Shown piece after piece: positions 1-12,142 of a DNA stretch of 64,000 nucleotides; positions within the stretch are counted from its first letter, which is position 1, and the number at the start of each line of letters is the position of its first letter. This DNA comes from Octopus sinensis. Taxonomy: Eukaryota. A model generated the notes under the pieces. It had not been told where the DNA came from and searched no databases. It saw only the letters and a list, made by a program, of their open reading frames with translations. The translations under genes were made by a program, and so were the position numbers. The stretch is taken from NCBI RefSeq assembly GCF_006345805.1, contig NC_043001.1:43524001-43588000 (forward strand), given 5' to 3'.

Positions 1-456
1 GCTCAGTTAAATATCTTGTGGTTCCAAATGATGTCATCTGTAGTGAAGCGTTGTATTATCTAATTTTGTTTTGGAAGTACTTGAAATCTTGGTCAGGTGA
101 TGACAACAGTTTCTTCAATGGTTCTGGAGGTTGGGGGATTGCAGGGAGTTTAACCTTTCCACCACTACAGCACAGTGCAGGTTTCTCTCCAGGCCACTTC
201 CTTGCCTTACAATGTATGCACTCAGTTGTCATTGCACCAATGGAAACTCTAGTATCATCTGCATAATGAATTGTTGGATCATAATTGAAAGCTGCTTCGT
301 AGAAGTTGCTTCTCTGAGCTGTTGCAACTGCTCTTCGTTCTACAGTGGAGATCCTATTCCTTGTCAGCCGTGCAAGTGTACAGTCTGTTCGTTTCTTCAT
401 ATGCTTCCCTTTTTACTAAGTCTCTCTAAAGGAGATTACGGCAGCGTTACTGGAAA
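1..456 (-). mobile_element. Helitron RepHel N-terminal fragment (pseudogene)
   Basis: ORF 56..400(-) contains CIHCKARKWPGEKPALCCSGGKVKLPAIPQPPEPLKKLL...FQNKIR, continuing past a stop as YNASLQMTSFG. This is the typical Helitron N-terminal CxxC...CC..GKV.LP...IR.YN..FQMTSFG region. Confidence 0.85.
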
Positions 457-819
457 TTAATAGTTATCGCCATACTAATATGAGAGACTTAGTAATTTTA
501 ATATTTCTATTATTGAAAACAAGTGGATGTATTCCACTGAAACTAGGTAAATAAAGCCTTCGAACTGGGACGATCAGTAGCGACACATGCAAGTCTGACT
601 ACGCTGCATTGATAAGGGGCAACAACCCTGAAACATGTCTGTAGCTGTCTGACTGGCAGGATCAAGCGGCTGACCTCCCTTGTTCGAAGGTGTTTGTAAT
701 GGACGCAGGTTCGTGTGTCAAATAGCTAGCTTGAGGCGGTGGCCTCTTGGAGCTAATCAGCGACAGCTTTAGTCTTATATTTATAAGACTGCCATCATTA
801 GTATGGCGATAACTATTAA
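457..819 (+). mobile_element. Fold-back non-coding element with central hammerhead motif (Penelope-pLTR/retrozyme-like)
   Basis: Perfect 23-bp terminal inverted repeat (457-479 ttaatagttatcgccatactaat / 797-819), nested inner pairings, hammerhead at 591-654, and a (TA)-rich right flank. Confidence 0.7.
591..654 (+). ncRNA. Type I hammerhead ribozyme motif, U3-A8 variant core
   Basis: gctgca-TTGATAA-gggg(caacaa)ccct-GAAA-catg-TC-tgtagc. Stem I extends through agtc.gac/gtc.gact. Confidence 0.7.
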
Positions 820-863
820 ATATACATATATATATATATTATAATTATATTATATTCTAATAT

Positions 864-963
864 NNNNNNNNNNNNNNNNNNNNNNNNNNNNNNNNNNNNN
901 NNNNNNNNNNNNNNNNNNNNNNNNNNNNNNNNNNNNNNNNNNNNNNNNNNNNNNNNNNNNNNN
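864..963. other. Assembly gap (100 N)
   Basis: Run of exactly 100 n. Confidence 0.99.
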
Positions 964-1250
964 ATTGAAGTGTCCGACTTATCTCTTTCCACCCAACCTT
1001 TGTTTCGTAAAGACGGTTATGTTATGATAAGAGGGAAATTTGTATACTATTTGTTATAGGTTGATTGACCTCTTCACTAGTTTGGTTTGAAGACGTCATG
1101 TTTATAGTACTTAGTGACGAGCGCCTTAGAGTTACGGTTTCAATACTCGTTTTCGGATACGGAGGTTCTGGAAAATTACCAAAAATCAGCATTGTGAAAT
1201 TCCTCCCTTTCCCCTCCAACTTCTTCAATTTTGACTTTTTTCCCCAACAA

Positions 1251-1341
1251 TAACCTTAAAACCCTAACCCTAATCTTAAAACCCTAACCCTAACTCTAAA
1301 CCCTAACCCTAAACCCTAACCCTAAAACCCTAACCATAACC
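1251..1341 (+). repeat. Degenerate interstitial telomere-like (CCCTAA)n within a dispersed repeat (about 967-1715)
   Basis: accctaaccctaa/aaaccctaa variants. The end of the host repeat (1595-1702) resembles 19124-19230 and 20257-20365. Confidence 0.75.
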
Positions 1342-2264
1342 GTAAGTACAGAAATGTTTCGGAATTTTTGTCCGACTCATAATGTACGTATTTTCCTGTA
1401 TATTTAGAAAAAAAAAAAATTCTTAAAAAAAATTTTACAAAAGTTTTTGGAAATTTTTTTCAGAATCATAATTTCCCGTATTTTTCCGCATATTTTGAAA
1501 AAAGAAAAAAATCTGAAAAAAGTGAAAGTGAAGGAAATGGGGTTGGGAGTAATTTAGAAATGTCGATTTCTGGCAATTTTTTTGCAGATTCGTATATCCC
1601 CATAGCTGAAAGGGGGGGGGGGAAGGGGGTTATGTCGAAAAAAAAAAATTTAAGGGTGTTTTTTTTGTGTTTCAGGGGGGCGGGCGGAAGTCTTGCCAAC
1701 TTATAGGGTACCACGTGTGTAGTATATGATGTCTAGCATATCGATCACTATTGTTGTTTTGCATAAAACTAGCGCGGATTAAGCAAATCTATGGTGTAAG
1801 GCCGTGACTATACTGTCTGTTTTGTTTTTTTTACTCCTTTTCAGGCGTGATCTATCTGGGACGATATCCAATAAGTCCTATTTTATTTTTACGACGGAAG
1901 GGGTTGATATGAAGGAAATTTAGCTGGTGTTTCTAGGATGTCGAGTAGCTGCATACAGGCTTCTGTCGTTTTTACTCGTGTCAATCACTGTGGAAATGTG
2001 AGGAGGAAATTCTTGGCAGCGGCTTAAGAAATTCGGTTTTGATAGTTGTTAATGCCTTTGAGGGGTTTGGGAGACAAAAAGAAAACACACATCGACATCA
2101 TATTTTCACCTTTTCTATGAAGATGAGCGCTTTCGCGGACGAAAGATAATTATATTCTTTAACATTCTTGGTAGACAAGAACAAAGATGGTGGGCAAGAA
2201 CAAGGATGCTGGACAAGCTGCGATTAGCGGAACAAATAGTCCTCCACGGAATACTTTACTCATA

Positions 2265-2503
2265 TAGAGAGATTGGCCAAAAGTCACCAGACAGTAGTAA
2301 ATCAAAACCATTTAATTCCAAGATTTATTTATGTTTAACAACTGAATGAATTTAATAAAAGCATCTAAATATGAAACATCATGAAAATTGTTCAAAATGA
2401 AGTCCTTCTTGAGCGACACATTTTTCCATTCAAGTCAATACAGAATTACAGATAGAATTTATGGAAGTTTGATTTACTGTCGGGTGACTTTTGGCCAGCC
2501 CTG
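2265..2503. mobile_element. Tc1/mariner-type MITE
   Basis: Imperfect TIRs ttggccaaaagtcaccagacagta..aaatcaaa / tttgatttactgtcgggtgacttttggccagccctg, TA-flanked. Confidence 0.65.
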
Positions 2504-2726
2504 TATTTTTGCTTTTTTGATGCCCCAAGATAAATATATTGTTGTCGCTGTTGCCTTCTAGTGTTTTACAAGGTTGATGGTCTCGCCAGGAGACGGGACA
2601 AACTGCTAGTGGGTTTTGCTGATTTCTATTTTTTATCTTTCACTTGTTTTTGTCATTAGACTGCAGCTATACTGGGACATCGCCTCGAAAGGTATATAGC
2701 TAGGATTTATTTTTTCATGTCTGGCA

Positions 2727-3391
2727 CAGTAACCCCTCGAGTATCGCGGGTGTTACGTTCTAAAACCGCCCACAGAAATAATTAAAATCTAAAAAATATA
2801 AATACATATCGGCCGCAGAAACCTGCGATATACCGAGGAGTCCGCGATATAAATTTACATATATTTATTTCTTTATTACCCACAGGATCTAAACATAGAG
2901 GGGACACACAAGGACAAAGTGATTAAGTCGATTATATCGACCCCAGGGCGTAACTGGTACTTATTTAATCGACCCTGAAAGGATGAAAGGCAAAGTCGAC
3001 CTCGGCGGAGTTTGAACTCAGAACATAACGGCAGACGAAATACCTATTTCTTTACTACCCACATGGGGCTAAACACAGAGGGAATAAACAAGGACAGACA
3101 AACGGATTAAGTCGATTATATCGACTCCAGTGCGTAACTGGTACTTAATTTATCGACCCCGAAAGGATGAAAGGCAAAGTCGACCTCGGCGGAATCTGAA
3201 CTCAGAGCGTAACGGCAGACGAAATACGGCTAAGCATTTCGCCCGACATGCTAATGTTTCTGCCAGCTCGCCGCCCTAAATTTATGTATATTAGCCAGAA
3301 AAAAACCCCGCGATGTACTGAGTACGCGATAGATGAACTGCGATATACTGAGTATGTAATAGGTGAACCACGATATGGTGAGGGATTACCG
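2727..3391. mobile_element. pogo/Tigger-like MITE containing a SINE insertion
   Basis: Imperfect TIRs cagtaacccctcgagtatcgcgg / ccacgatatggtgagggattaccg, with repeated cgcgatatac subterminal motifs. Confidence 0.6.
2866..3276 (-). mobile_element. Dimeric tRNA-derived SINE (family A, Meta-domain-like)
   Basis: Head ggcggcgagctggcagaaac..gagttca(g)attcc plus a duplicated body ggtcgactttgcctttcatcctttc. Approximate TSD taaattta(ca/tg)tatatt. Confidence 0.85.
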
Positions 3392-3518
3392 TACTTTACT
3401 TTTTCTACCGGTCACTTTTGCTCAAACGCTAGATATGGCGACGTAAACAAACCAACACCGTTGTCAAGCTGTAGCGTAGAGGTCAACGCAAACACACACA
3501 CACACACACACATTCTAC

Positions 3519-3616
<98 letters not shown>

Positions 3617-3817
3617 GTCTTTATACACGACTGCTACACAGTTTTCTTTCACTAAATCCATTATACTCAGAAAGCATTGGTCAGCCGAGTGCTATAGTAG
3701 AAGACACTTGCCCAAAGTGCCGCGTACAGGCATTGAACCTGAAGCCAGGCGGTTGCAAAGCGAGTTTTTTTATCACACAACCATACCTGCGCCTATTTCA
3801 GTAATAGTTCTCCGTTG

Positions 3818-4127
3818 TGGAGGCACATGGCCTAGTGGTTAGAGCAGCGGACTCACGGTCGATGGATCGCGGGTTCAAATCTCAGACCGGGCGATGTGTG
3901 TGTTTATGAGCGAAACACCTAAGCTCCACGCAGTTCCGGCAGAAGGTAATGGCGAAACTTCTGCTGATTCTTTCGCCACAACTTTATCTCACTCTTTCTT
4001 CCTGCATCTTGCAGCTCACCTGCGACGGACCGGCGTCCCGTCCAGGTGGGGAACCTATACGCCAAGAAACCGGGAAACCAGCCCTTATGAGCCAGGCATG
4101 GTTCGAGAAGGAACAAAAAAAAAAAAA
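3818..4127 (+). mobile_element. tRNA-derived SINE (family C head, V-domain-like tail, polyA)
   Basis: A box tggcctagtggt and B box ggttcaaatc; polyA; TSD aat(a/g)gttctccgttg at 3803-3817 and 4128-4142. Confidence 0.85.
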
Positions 4128-4499
4128 AATGGTTCTCCGTTGCCAAATTCGAACCACCGGCCAGGTTTGACCTCGACTTGATCAGCTCACGAAGCATTCG
4201 TTCATTAGTAATTAACAGCTCCTATTGTTGTACCTGTTGGTGATACATGGAAACACAGCTGGATCGAGTCAGGGTTAAACGTTTTGATTACAGTGACTGC
4301 AGGATGCTCGAGGTGTGACTCGAACTGTCAACTTCTTCGTCTGGAAATCTGACATTAATCTTGTCATTGCGATACACCATTCTATGCGCGCGCGCGTATG
4401 TGTGTGTATGTTTGCGCGTGCGTGCGTGTTCGCGCCCGTGTGTGTGTTTGTAAGTGCGTATGTTCATGCATGCATGTATCTATGTCACGTATGCATGTA

Positions 4500-4850
4500 T
4501 CTAGTCGCGGCCATGCTGGAGCACCGCCTTAAGGGTTTTAGTCGGAGCACCGCCTTAAGGGTTTTAGTCGGACAAATCGACCCCAGGACTTACTTTTTTT
4601 AGGCCGGGTACTTATTCAATCGATGTTTTTTTTTTGCTGAACCACTAGTTTACGGGGACATAAACACACCAACACCGGTTGTCAAGCGGTGGTGGGGGAC
4701 AAACACAGACACATAGAGAAACAACACATACACACACACACACACACACGCATACCGTTTACCAAATCCACTCACAAGGCTTCGGTCGGCTCGAGATAAG
4801 TGAAGAAGTCATTTTGTCCGATTGAACCCGGAACAATGTGCCGTACTATG
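4500..4850 (-). mobile_element. SINE family B, partial
   Basis: ggccatgctggagcaccgcc...ccaaatccactcacaaggctt matches family B. Confidence 0.75.
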
Positions 4851-5147
4851 TTCATGATTTGTATAAGAGAGTATTGCAATAATTCTGAAGTATATTACAA
4901 AGACTACTCTATATAATACAACACAGGATGATAGGGAACAAATACAACTTATATACTTTGCACAAGTGCTGCTGAATAGTAGAAACAATTTCTTATCTAT
5001 TCCGGTAAAAAGAGACAAAGAGATAAAAAAAAAAAAAAAAAACTTTGACAGAAAGCTAATAATAATATCATTTATTTATTCTTCTACCTGAAGTCACACC
5101 AAAAGTAAAAGGGAAGAAATGTTCACACGCACACACAGAGGCACGTA

Positions 5148-5193
<46 letters not shown>

Positions 5194-5855
5194 ATAAACA
5201 TTCATGTCAGTAATTTTCAACCTTTTCTCCCTCATCCTCACAGATTGATGGGTTTGTTATCTAGTTATATCCTTACACACAACCCATACAAAAACATATA
5301 CAGTATAACTACGATATATATATATATAATATATATTTATTATATAGAAGGAGCTTCTACAGATAGAACTGTTTCATTCAAGAGAAATCTTCAGAGGGAG
5401 AATTCACAAAAAAGCAAAAGACGACGACAGGTGGCGTAGACAACAAATAGATGTATTAGTATATAAATTATATATATATATATATATATTATAATATATA
5501 TATAATATATATATATATATATTATATGTATGTATATTTACACACGCACACATGTACACACACACCATACTTGCATATATATATATATATATCATATAAT
5601 ATAAGCAATAAGAAAATGGATGGGATCAATAGGTGGTTCATCAACTTTTAGACATTATATTATGTCAATTTATTTATTTACTTATTTACTAAAATGACAA
5701 TTACAAGAATTACCTATATATGTATAACATATTATGCTTTACATATAAAATATATTAATATATATAGATACCAGTAATTATTAAAATATAACATACAGGA
5801 ATATCAGTTGGGATTATAATATATATAATATAATATATAATATATATATATATAT

Positions 5856-5909
<54 letters not shown>

Positions 5910-6101
5910 CATTGTACATTAAAAGATTATGTTGGAAGCCTTTTAATGTGTTTAAATGTACACTGTATTTTATATGAATAATATATAGTCTATTGACTAA
6001 TTTTTTATACGCTAGGCCACTGGTAGTAAAAATTTCTAAAATCTTTATACCCTGATATTATAAATTATGTATGTATGTATATACATACATACATACATAC
6101 A

Positions 6102-6151
<50 letters not shown>

Positions 6152-6160
6152 TATTATATA

Positions 6161-6191
<31 letters not shown>

Positions 6192-6199
6192 AATATATG

Positions 6200-6435
6200 T
6201 ATGTATGTATGTGTATGTGTGCGTGTGTGTGTCTGAGTTTGTCCCATCACCATCGCTAGACAACCGATGTTGGTGTGTTTACGCCCCCATAACTTAGCGG
6301 CCTGGCAAAAGCGACCGATAGAATAAGTACTAGGCTTACAAAGAATAAGTCCTGTGGTCGATTTTTTTGACTAAAGGTTGTGTTCCATCATGGCCGCAAT
6401 CAGATCACTGAAACAAATAAAAGAATAAAAGAATA
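6200..6435 (+). mobile_element. SINE family B, 3' half
   Basis: tttgtccc..ctagacaaccgatgttggtg..gaataagtactaggcttacaaag..ctgaaacaaataaaagaataaaagaata. Confidence 0.75.
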
Positions 6436-6454
6436 TATGAATATATATATATAA

Positions 6455-6720
6455 AGATCGCAGCATCACAATCAAAATACAGGACCAGATACTGCAAGGT
6501 CCGACAGTTCTTCAATATTTTTCCAAAATGGTGTAGTTGTAGGTGTCTTTAAAATATAACTGGATTTCCTCCTGTCAAGAGTTCCAGATGAGCCTATCTC
6601 ACGACAAGAAACACAGATGCAGCAGCATCAAACTCCCTCATTCACCAAATGCCACATATCAGAGGAGGTTCCAAATAATGGTGTAGCAGAGTCTATGGTG
6701 ATACCCAGCAACACCGCACT
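6455..6720 (+). mobile_element. CR1/Jockey-group LINE 3' end relic
   Basis: Degenerate reading GP.FFNI...GVVVGVFK..LDFLLSRVPDEP...AAASNSL, typical of the C-terminus of CR1/Daphne-type ORF2. Confidence 0.5.
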
Positions 6721-7380
6721 CTTATATATATATATGTATATGAGCAATGCCATCACTTGATTGTTTTCTTAAATCAGCACAGATGTGGAGCGATGAGCCC
6801 TTCTTACAGCAAGTGTTTATAGAGGTTATCACCCATGCTGACACGTGCCTTCATTTCAAGTAATTTTTCGACTATGGCCAACCACAATATGCAACGCATG
6901 ATAGAGATGTTGAAGTGAGGAAAAGCCTTGCATATGATCATTCTCACTCTCTACACAACGTATGCATTTGCCTCACAGACGATATCATTAGATGCAAAAG
7001 GAGCCTCGGTTGTTTCATCAGAGTTCCCGAAGACTAAGGGTCTTTCACTTACATTCCAACTCATACACACACAAATATATGTTTGACAAGTAAAGACAAA
7101 AAAGAAAATAAGCAAATAAAAAAAAGAAATCTTTTTAGTTTACTAAAAGTAATTTTTTCGTGTAATGTTTAGTAAGTTGCAATAATTTACTTTCAAAGTT
7201 CCTCCAAGGTCAAACCCAGTCAAGATGAAAAATGATGTGGTTCAAATAAGCGTATAGAAACGCTCAACTTAAATTTCTAGGGGATGATGGATGAAAAACT
7301 GGCTTGCAATTCCAACCTATCACTGTTTGGGATGTGAAAGGGTTTTTACAATGTCCTTTGTCCTAGGAAGCTCTACTATG

Positions 7381-7791
7381 TATTTCTTTACTACCCACAA
7401 GGCTAAACATAGAAAGGACAAACAAGGACAGACAAACGGATTGTCGATTACATCGACCCCAGTACGCAACTGGTACTTAATTTATCGACCCCGAAAGGAT
7501 GAAAGGCAAAGTCGACCTCGGCGGAATTTGAACTCAGAACGTAATGGCAGACGAAATACCTATTTCTTTACTACCCACAAGGGGCTAAACACAGAAAGGA
7601 CAAACAAGAACAAACAAACGGATTAAGTCGATTATATCGACTCCAGTGCGTAACTGGTACTTATTTAATCGACCCCGAAAGGATGAAAGGCAAAGTCGAC
7701 CTCGGCGGAATTTGAACTCAGAACGTAACGGTAGACGAAATACCGCTAAGCATTTCGCCCGGCGTGCTAACGTTTCTGCCAGCTCGCCGCC
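7381..7791 (-). mobile_element. Dimeric SINE family A with target-site duplication
   Basis: Same head-body-body layout as 2866-3276. Perfect TSD aggaagctctactatgt at 7365-7381 and 7795-7811. Confidence 0.9.
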
Positions 7792-8100
7792 CTAAGGAAG
7801 CTCTACTATGTGAAAGACACTCACCGCCATCATTGCAAAATAGGAAAACATGAAATTTTTGCCGAAACTGAGACATTTCCGACTGTACAAGTTTTAATAA
7901 TAATACGTTTGTCGATTGTGTGGTGAACTGGAAGAAAAAGTAAATAAATAGCTAACATATATTTGCTATATTTAGCAAATATTTTTGTTACGAGTGGAAT
8001 TTGGTAGACGGAAACAGTACAAAGGCCCACTGCTTGAGCGTGTGTGTGTGTGTATGTGTGTGTGTGTCTGCGTGCGTGCGTGTGTATATACATACACACA

Positions 8101-8418
8101 CAGTAACGCCTCGATATACGAGTAAATTTATTCCCGGAGATCGCTCGTAAAGCGAAAACTCGTAAAGCAGAGCAATAATTTCCTATAGTAGCAATGAAAT
8201 TTTATGCCGTCATTTTACACAGTCGCTACGTAGACGCATCAGAAGAGGGTGCAAGAAACAACGAAAATGTTAGAAAAAAAATTAGTGGAAATCGAACCGA
8301 TAAGGGTGTTAATTAATAAGGCATTAAAGCAAAATGACTCTCCCTAGAGACAATAACCTTTTTGTATTTATTGTAAAATAAAACTCGTAAACCCGGAGTC
8401 TCGTAGAGCAGGTCCACA
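8101..8418. mobile_element. pogo/Tigger-like MITE
   Basis: Starts cagtaacgcctcgatatacgag, with repeated ctcgtaaa subterminal motifs at both ends. Confidence 0.5.
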
Positions 8419-8918
8419 CACACTCGCACAGACACACGCACGCACTCACGCACACATACACACTCTTCTCCCTCCTCCCATACTCTCCCTGTCTGTCTGA
8501 CATATTGTTGACAAAAATGACCTTTTAGAGGTGTTTAAATCTGAAAACAATAAGCACCGAAGAAAAGGTCTGCTAATAAAAGATTTTGGATAATATAGAC
8601 AATGCAGATTAGAGTGAATCTGGTGTTTGCATCCAACTGGTGGAAAATAAGCATATATGTTTCGGTCTTATAAGTTTTCATCAGCGAAGCGTATTCTGCT
8701 CAGTTGGCAACACTAAGATGGATCAATAATATATATAGAGGGAGAGGGAGAGAAAGAGAGAGAGCGGGAAAGGAGAGAGGACAGAGAGAGAGCAACAAAA
8801 AATTAAGCCCATGTTGTTTCTACGTTTAGATCGTTTCAGATAGCTAGTTGAACTGTTTCGTCACTATATATTAGTTTGTATATTCACCTGGTTCTTTTCA
8901 AGTCCTATTTTCTATTAC

Positions 8919-8980
<62 letters not shown>

Positions 8981-8985
<5 letters not shown>

Positions 8986-9450
8986 CAAAAATAGGTAACA
9001 AAGGCAAGGTTGTGAGGAGTTTTTAGGACATTTATAAGGAAAGCGATATAGTCTTACAGTCTTACAGCTGTTTCTGGGATATTATGGATATCCCTTCATC
9101 AGGGATGATGTGAGACAAGTAAGTGGAAAAGGAGAAGATAGTGAAAACAGAGGGAAATAAGAGAATGAAAGTGGAAATAACATATAAAATATTGTAGTTG
9201 CAGTTCCATTATTCGAGTAAAGTGGTGTACAGAAGTGGTAAAAAAGTTTCCTGTACATGGTATGTAAGTTTCGATAGTAGTTCGTGTTTAGTCATTTCCA
9301 AGTATGAAACTGTGGATTCTGTGTTGCACATTCGAAGGGGTTTTGTGGTATGAATGATCCACAATCGAACCAAGAGTTTATCTATGGTCTGTCCTTAGCA
9401 CTTACTTAGCATTACCTGCCATTCTTTGGGTCTTCTAGATACCAATAACT
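8981..9450 (-). mobile_element. (TA)n-embedded Penelope-terminus-like element with hammerhead (9051-9117)
   Basis: Minus strand reads tcc-CTGATGA-agggatat(ccata)atatccca-GAAA-cagctg-TA-agac. Long TA arrays on both sides. Confidence 0.7.
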
Positions 9451-9544
<94 letters not shown>

Positions 9545-9594
9545 ATATATATATATACATACGTATATATATATGTATAAATATATGTATATAT

Positions 9595-9626
<32 letters not shown>

Positions 9627-9649
9627 ATATATATATATATAAATATATG

Positions 9650-9698
<49 letters not shown>

Positions 9699-10155
9699 AG
9701 TAATACTAAGTAATTAAGGGTTTAGCAACGAATTGCCTCACCAACACACCGAATTTAGAAATAGCAGTCAAAGAGATATAGCTATTCCTTCTACTAAAAG
9801 GGGGATCTCAGTAAAACGCAGCACTATTATTACTGATAACCATATATATATATATTATATATATATATAAGTAATACTAAGTAATTAAGGGTTTAGCAAC
9901 GAATTGCCTCACCAACACACCGAATTTAGAAATAGCAGTCAAAGAGATATAGCTATTCCTTCTACTAAAAGGGGGATCTCAGTAAAAACGCAGCACTATT
10001 ATTATGATAACCATATATATATTATATATATATATGTATATATATATATGTATATATATATATATGTATATATATTATATATATATATATGTATAATATA
10101 TATATGTATATATATACATATGTATTATATATATATATATATATATGTATATAAA
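9451..10155. repeat. (TA)n arrays with a tandemly duplicated ~145-bp unit
   Basis: Units 9697-9842 and 9868-10012 are nearly identical and separated by TA repeats. Confidence 0.85.
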
Positions 10156-12142
10156 ATATGAATTAGGGATAACTCAAACAGTGATAGACATAAACCAATA
10201 CATAATTAACAAATAATATAAATATGATTAATATAATAGTGGTTTTATCTCTAATTCATATTTTATATATTTATACTGTGAAATTTGATTTAATACTAAA
10301 TCTAATTTTTCCCTGTAAGTTTGGCGCCATACTTCCTAATATTATTATTATTATTATGATATATATATATAAATATAAATGTCAGGAACCAATTGATGGC
10401 AAGAATGTAAATGCAGTTTGCTCAGCTGCCTCAACATTCTTCAAAAAATGTGGGCACCAAAAGACGCTATTCTTGAACATTGAATCACGCGACGGCTTTA
10501 CGCTGATTGGCTGCTTAATAGACCGATCACGTGAAACTACTGTGGTCCGGTCGTGGTGTTTGATCGGTTACCTAGCGGTTAGGTTTCGAATTGCCGCTAC
10601 AGTAGGTTATGCAAAAGTAAAACTAAATATATAAGGCACATCATTGTCAACTGTAAGAAAATGTCCTCTAGATACTACCTTCCCATGAAACATTATGTGG
10701 TAGCTAGAAATAGCGAGAAACATTACAAGAAATGAACATTGTAAATGAAGATGCATGTCACAAGTCTTAAATATATGTCAAAAGTCTTAAATATATCTCA
10801 GAACATCGTGTTTGCATTTTCGCTGGAGGGAATGTTATTTTGGTCAAAGAAACCTTACTGTTTTATTTTTGTTAGGCTTCAATTTCAATGATGTGGGGTG
10901 ACCACAACGAGGATAACTGTTCTAAGTGTACCATTAAGAGATGAAAAAAGATTAAAAAAGCAACAAAAACAAAAACGGAAAAACAAGAAAGCTTCTATCG
11001 AGTCATCTACAAGAAATAACTACCAAATCTCACTCAAATCACACTCTAGCACCTTAAATAAAAACAACTACATGTACTGGACAATTTGGACAATATACAG
11101 GAAGGCAGCGCGATCGTGACTTGAACCTCTTTGATTATAATTCTGGTCGACGAGAGTTTACCTAGACTGTAGCAACACCATCACCTCTACTGTCAACTAC
11201 TACCATCGTTACTCGAACCCCTCAAGCCAACGAAAAAAGTTTTATACACAGTTGCTTCACTTAATAGAAATAGTAGTCAAATTTCCTCGAACTACATCTT
11301 ACAGTCTTTATTTTAAAAAAAAGGACACATTGGATAATATAGTCTTAGATACACTGTCTCAGCCAACGACTGAATGGTCAAAGTCGGAGTGAGTTTGCCA
11401 CTGGAGTGTCTTTGACAATGCGTCTGTTCTACAACAAAACAATCACTCCTATCATTTGAAGAACCAACGAGGACGCTTCTACATCATCGCTTGACATGCT
11501 GGAAGTAACAGTTAAATCTTCGACAAACATCATACCTTTAAAAAAATGGGTACAGGCCCATCGCCAAACTTTGGTACCTGGGGGTGCTTCAGAATATTCT
11601 GGGTGGGCACTAATTTGTAACAATGCTAAAGTGGAGTAAATCTGAGGGCGCACCATTAAACAGTGCCGTCCAATAAACCTCTGTAGCGATGGGCATGAAT
11701 GGGCGGCATCAGATTATATGAACCTTGGTGCACTGAGCCTAAAGAAAAGACAGGATGATTACAGCGTGAACGCCATTGATCGTAAGCTAAAGAGTTCTGG
11801 AAGATAAACAAACCAACATTTTTCTAACATATTAAAGACGTATATTTCTCTTGAAAGACGTATATTTCCCTCCAGCGAAAATGCAAACACGATGTTCTGA
11901 GATATATTTAAAACTTTTGACATATATTTAAGACTTGTGACATGGCGTTGGTGGTTGTAGTGGTGGAATTAGCGTCGCCGTCGTTGTCGTTAGATATGAT
12001 ATAGGTGGCTAGTAAGTCGAGTGGGTCTGATTAGGGGTACAAATTCATCCAGCTTCTAGAAACAGAAGTCACTGTAGCTGTTGTAGAATAGACATAACGA
12101 AGCAACAGCTCATCTGCAGAGCAGAAACTGGAGTGTGTAGAT

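Larger units (their letters stand above)
2625..3794 (-). mobile_element. tRNA-derived SINE (family B) split by a MITE insertion
   Basis: Tail at 2625-2726 and body/head at 3392-3794 match other family B copies (e.g. 44172-44585). Internal (CA)n/(TATC)n. Confidence 0.7.

Noticed and set aside
1251-1341. True chromosome end next to the gap
   Set aside because: The tract is short, degenerate and flanked on both sides by non-telomeric sequence.
3818-3890. tRNA-like sequences (also 36985-37058 and 39440-39513)
   Set aside because: They are SINE heads with body, tail and TSD, and lack a proper cloverleaf/acceptor stem.
5346-5398. Minus-strand CTGAAGA-tttc(tctt)gaat-GAAA-cagt-TC
   Set aside because: Stem I is missing, apparently lost at a junction with another element; counted only as a relic.
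6740-7050. Possible Helitron PIF1 helicase relic
   Set aside because: Only a weak LKS..W resemblance; no diagnostic helicase motif.
8650-8690. Minus-strand CTGATGA...GAAAcataTA hammerhead-like string
   Set aside because: Stems I and II do not pair; at best a decayed relic.
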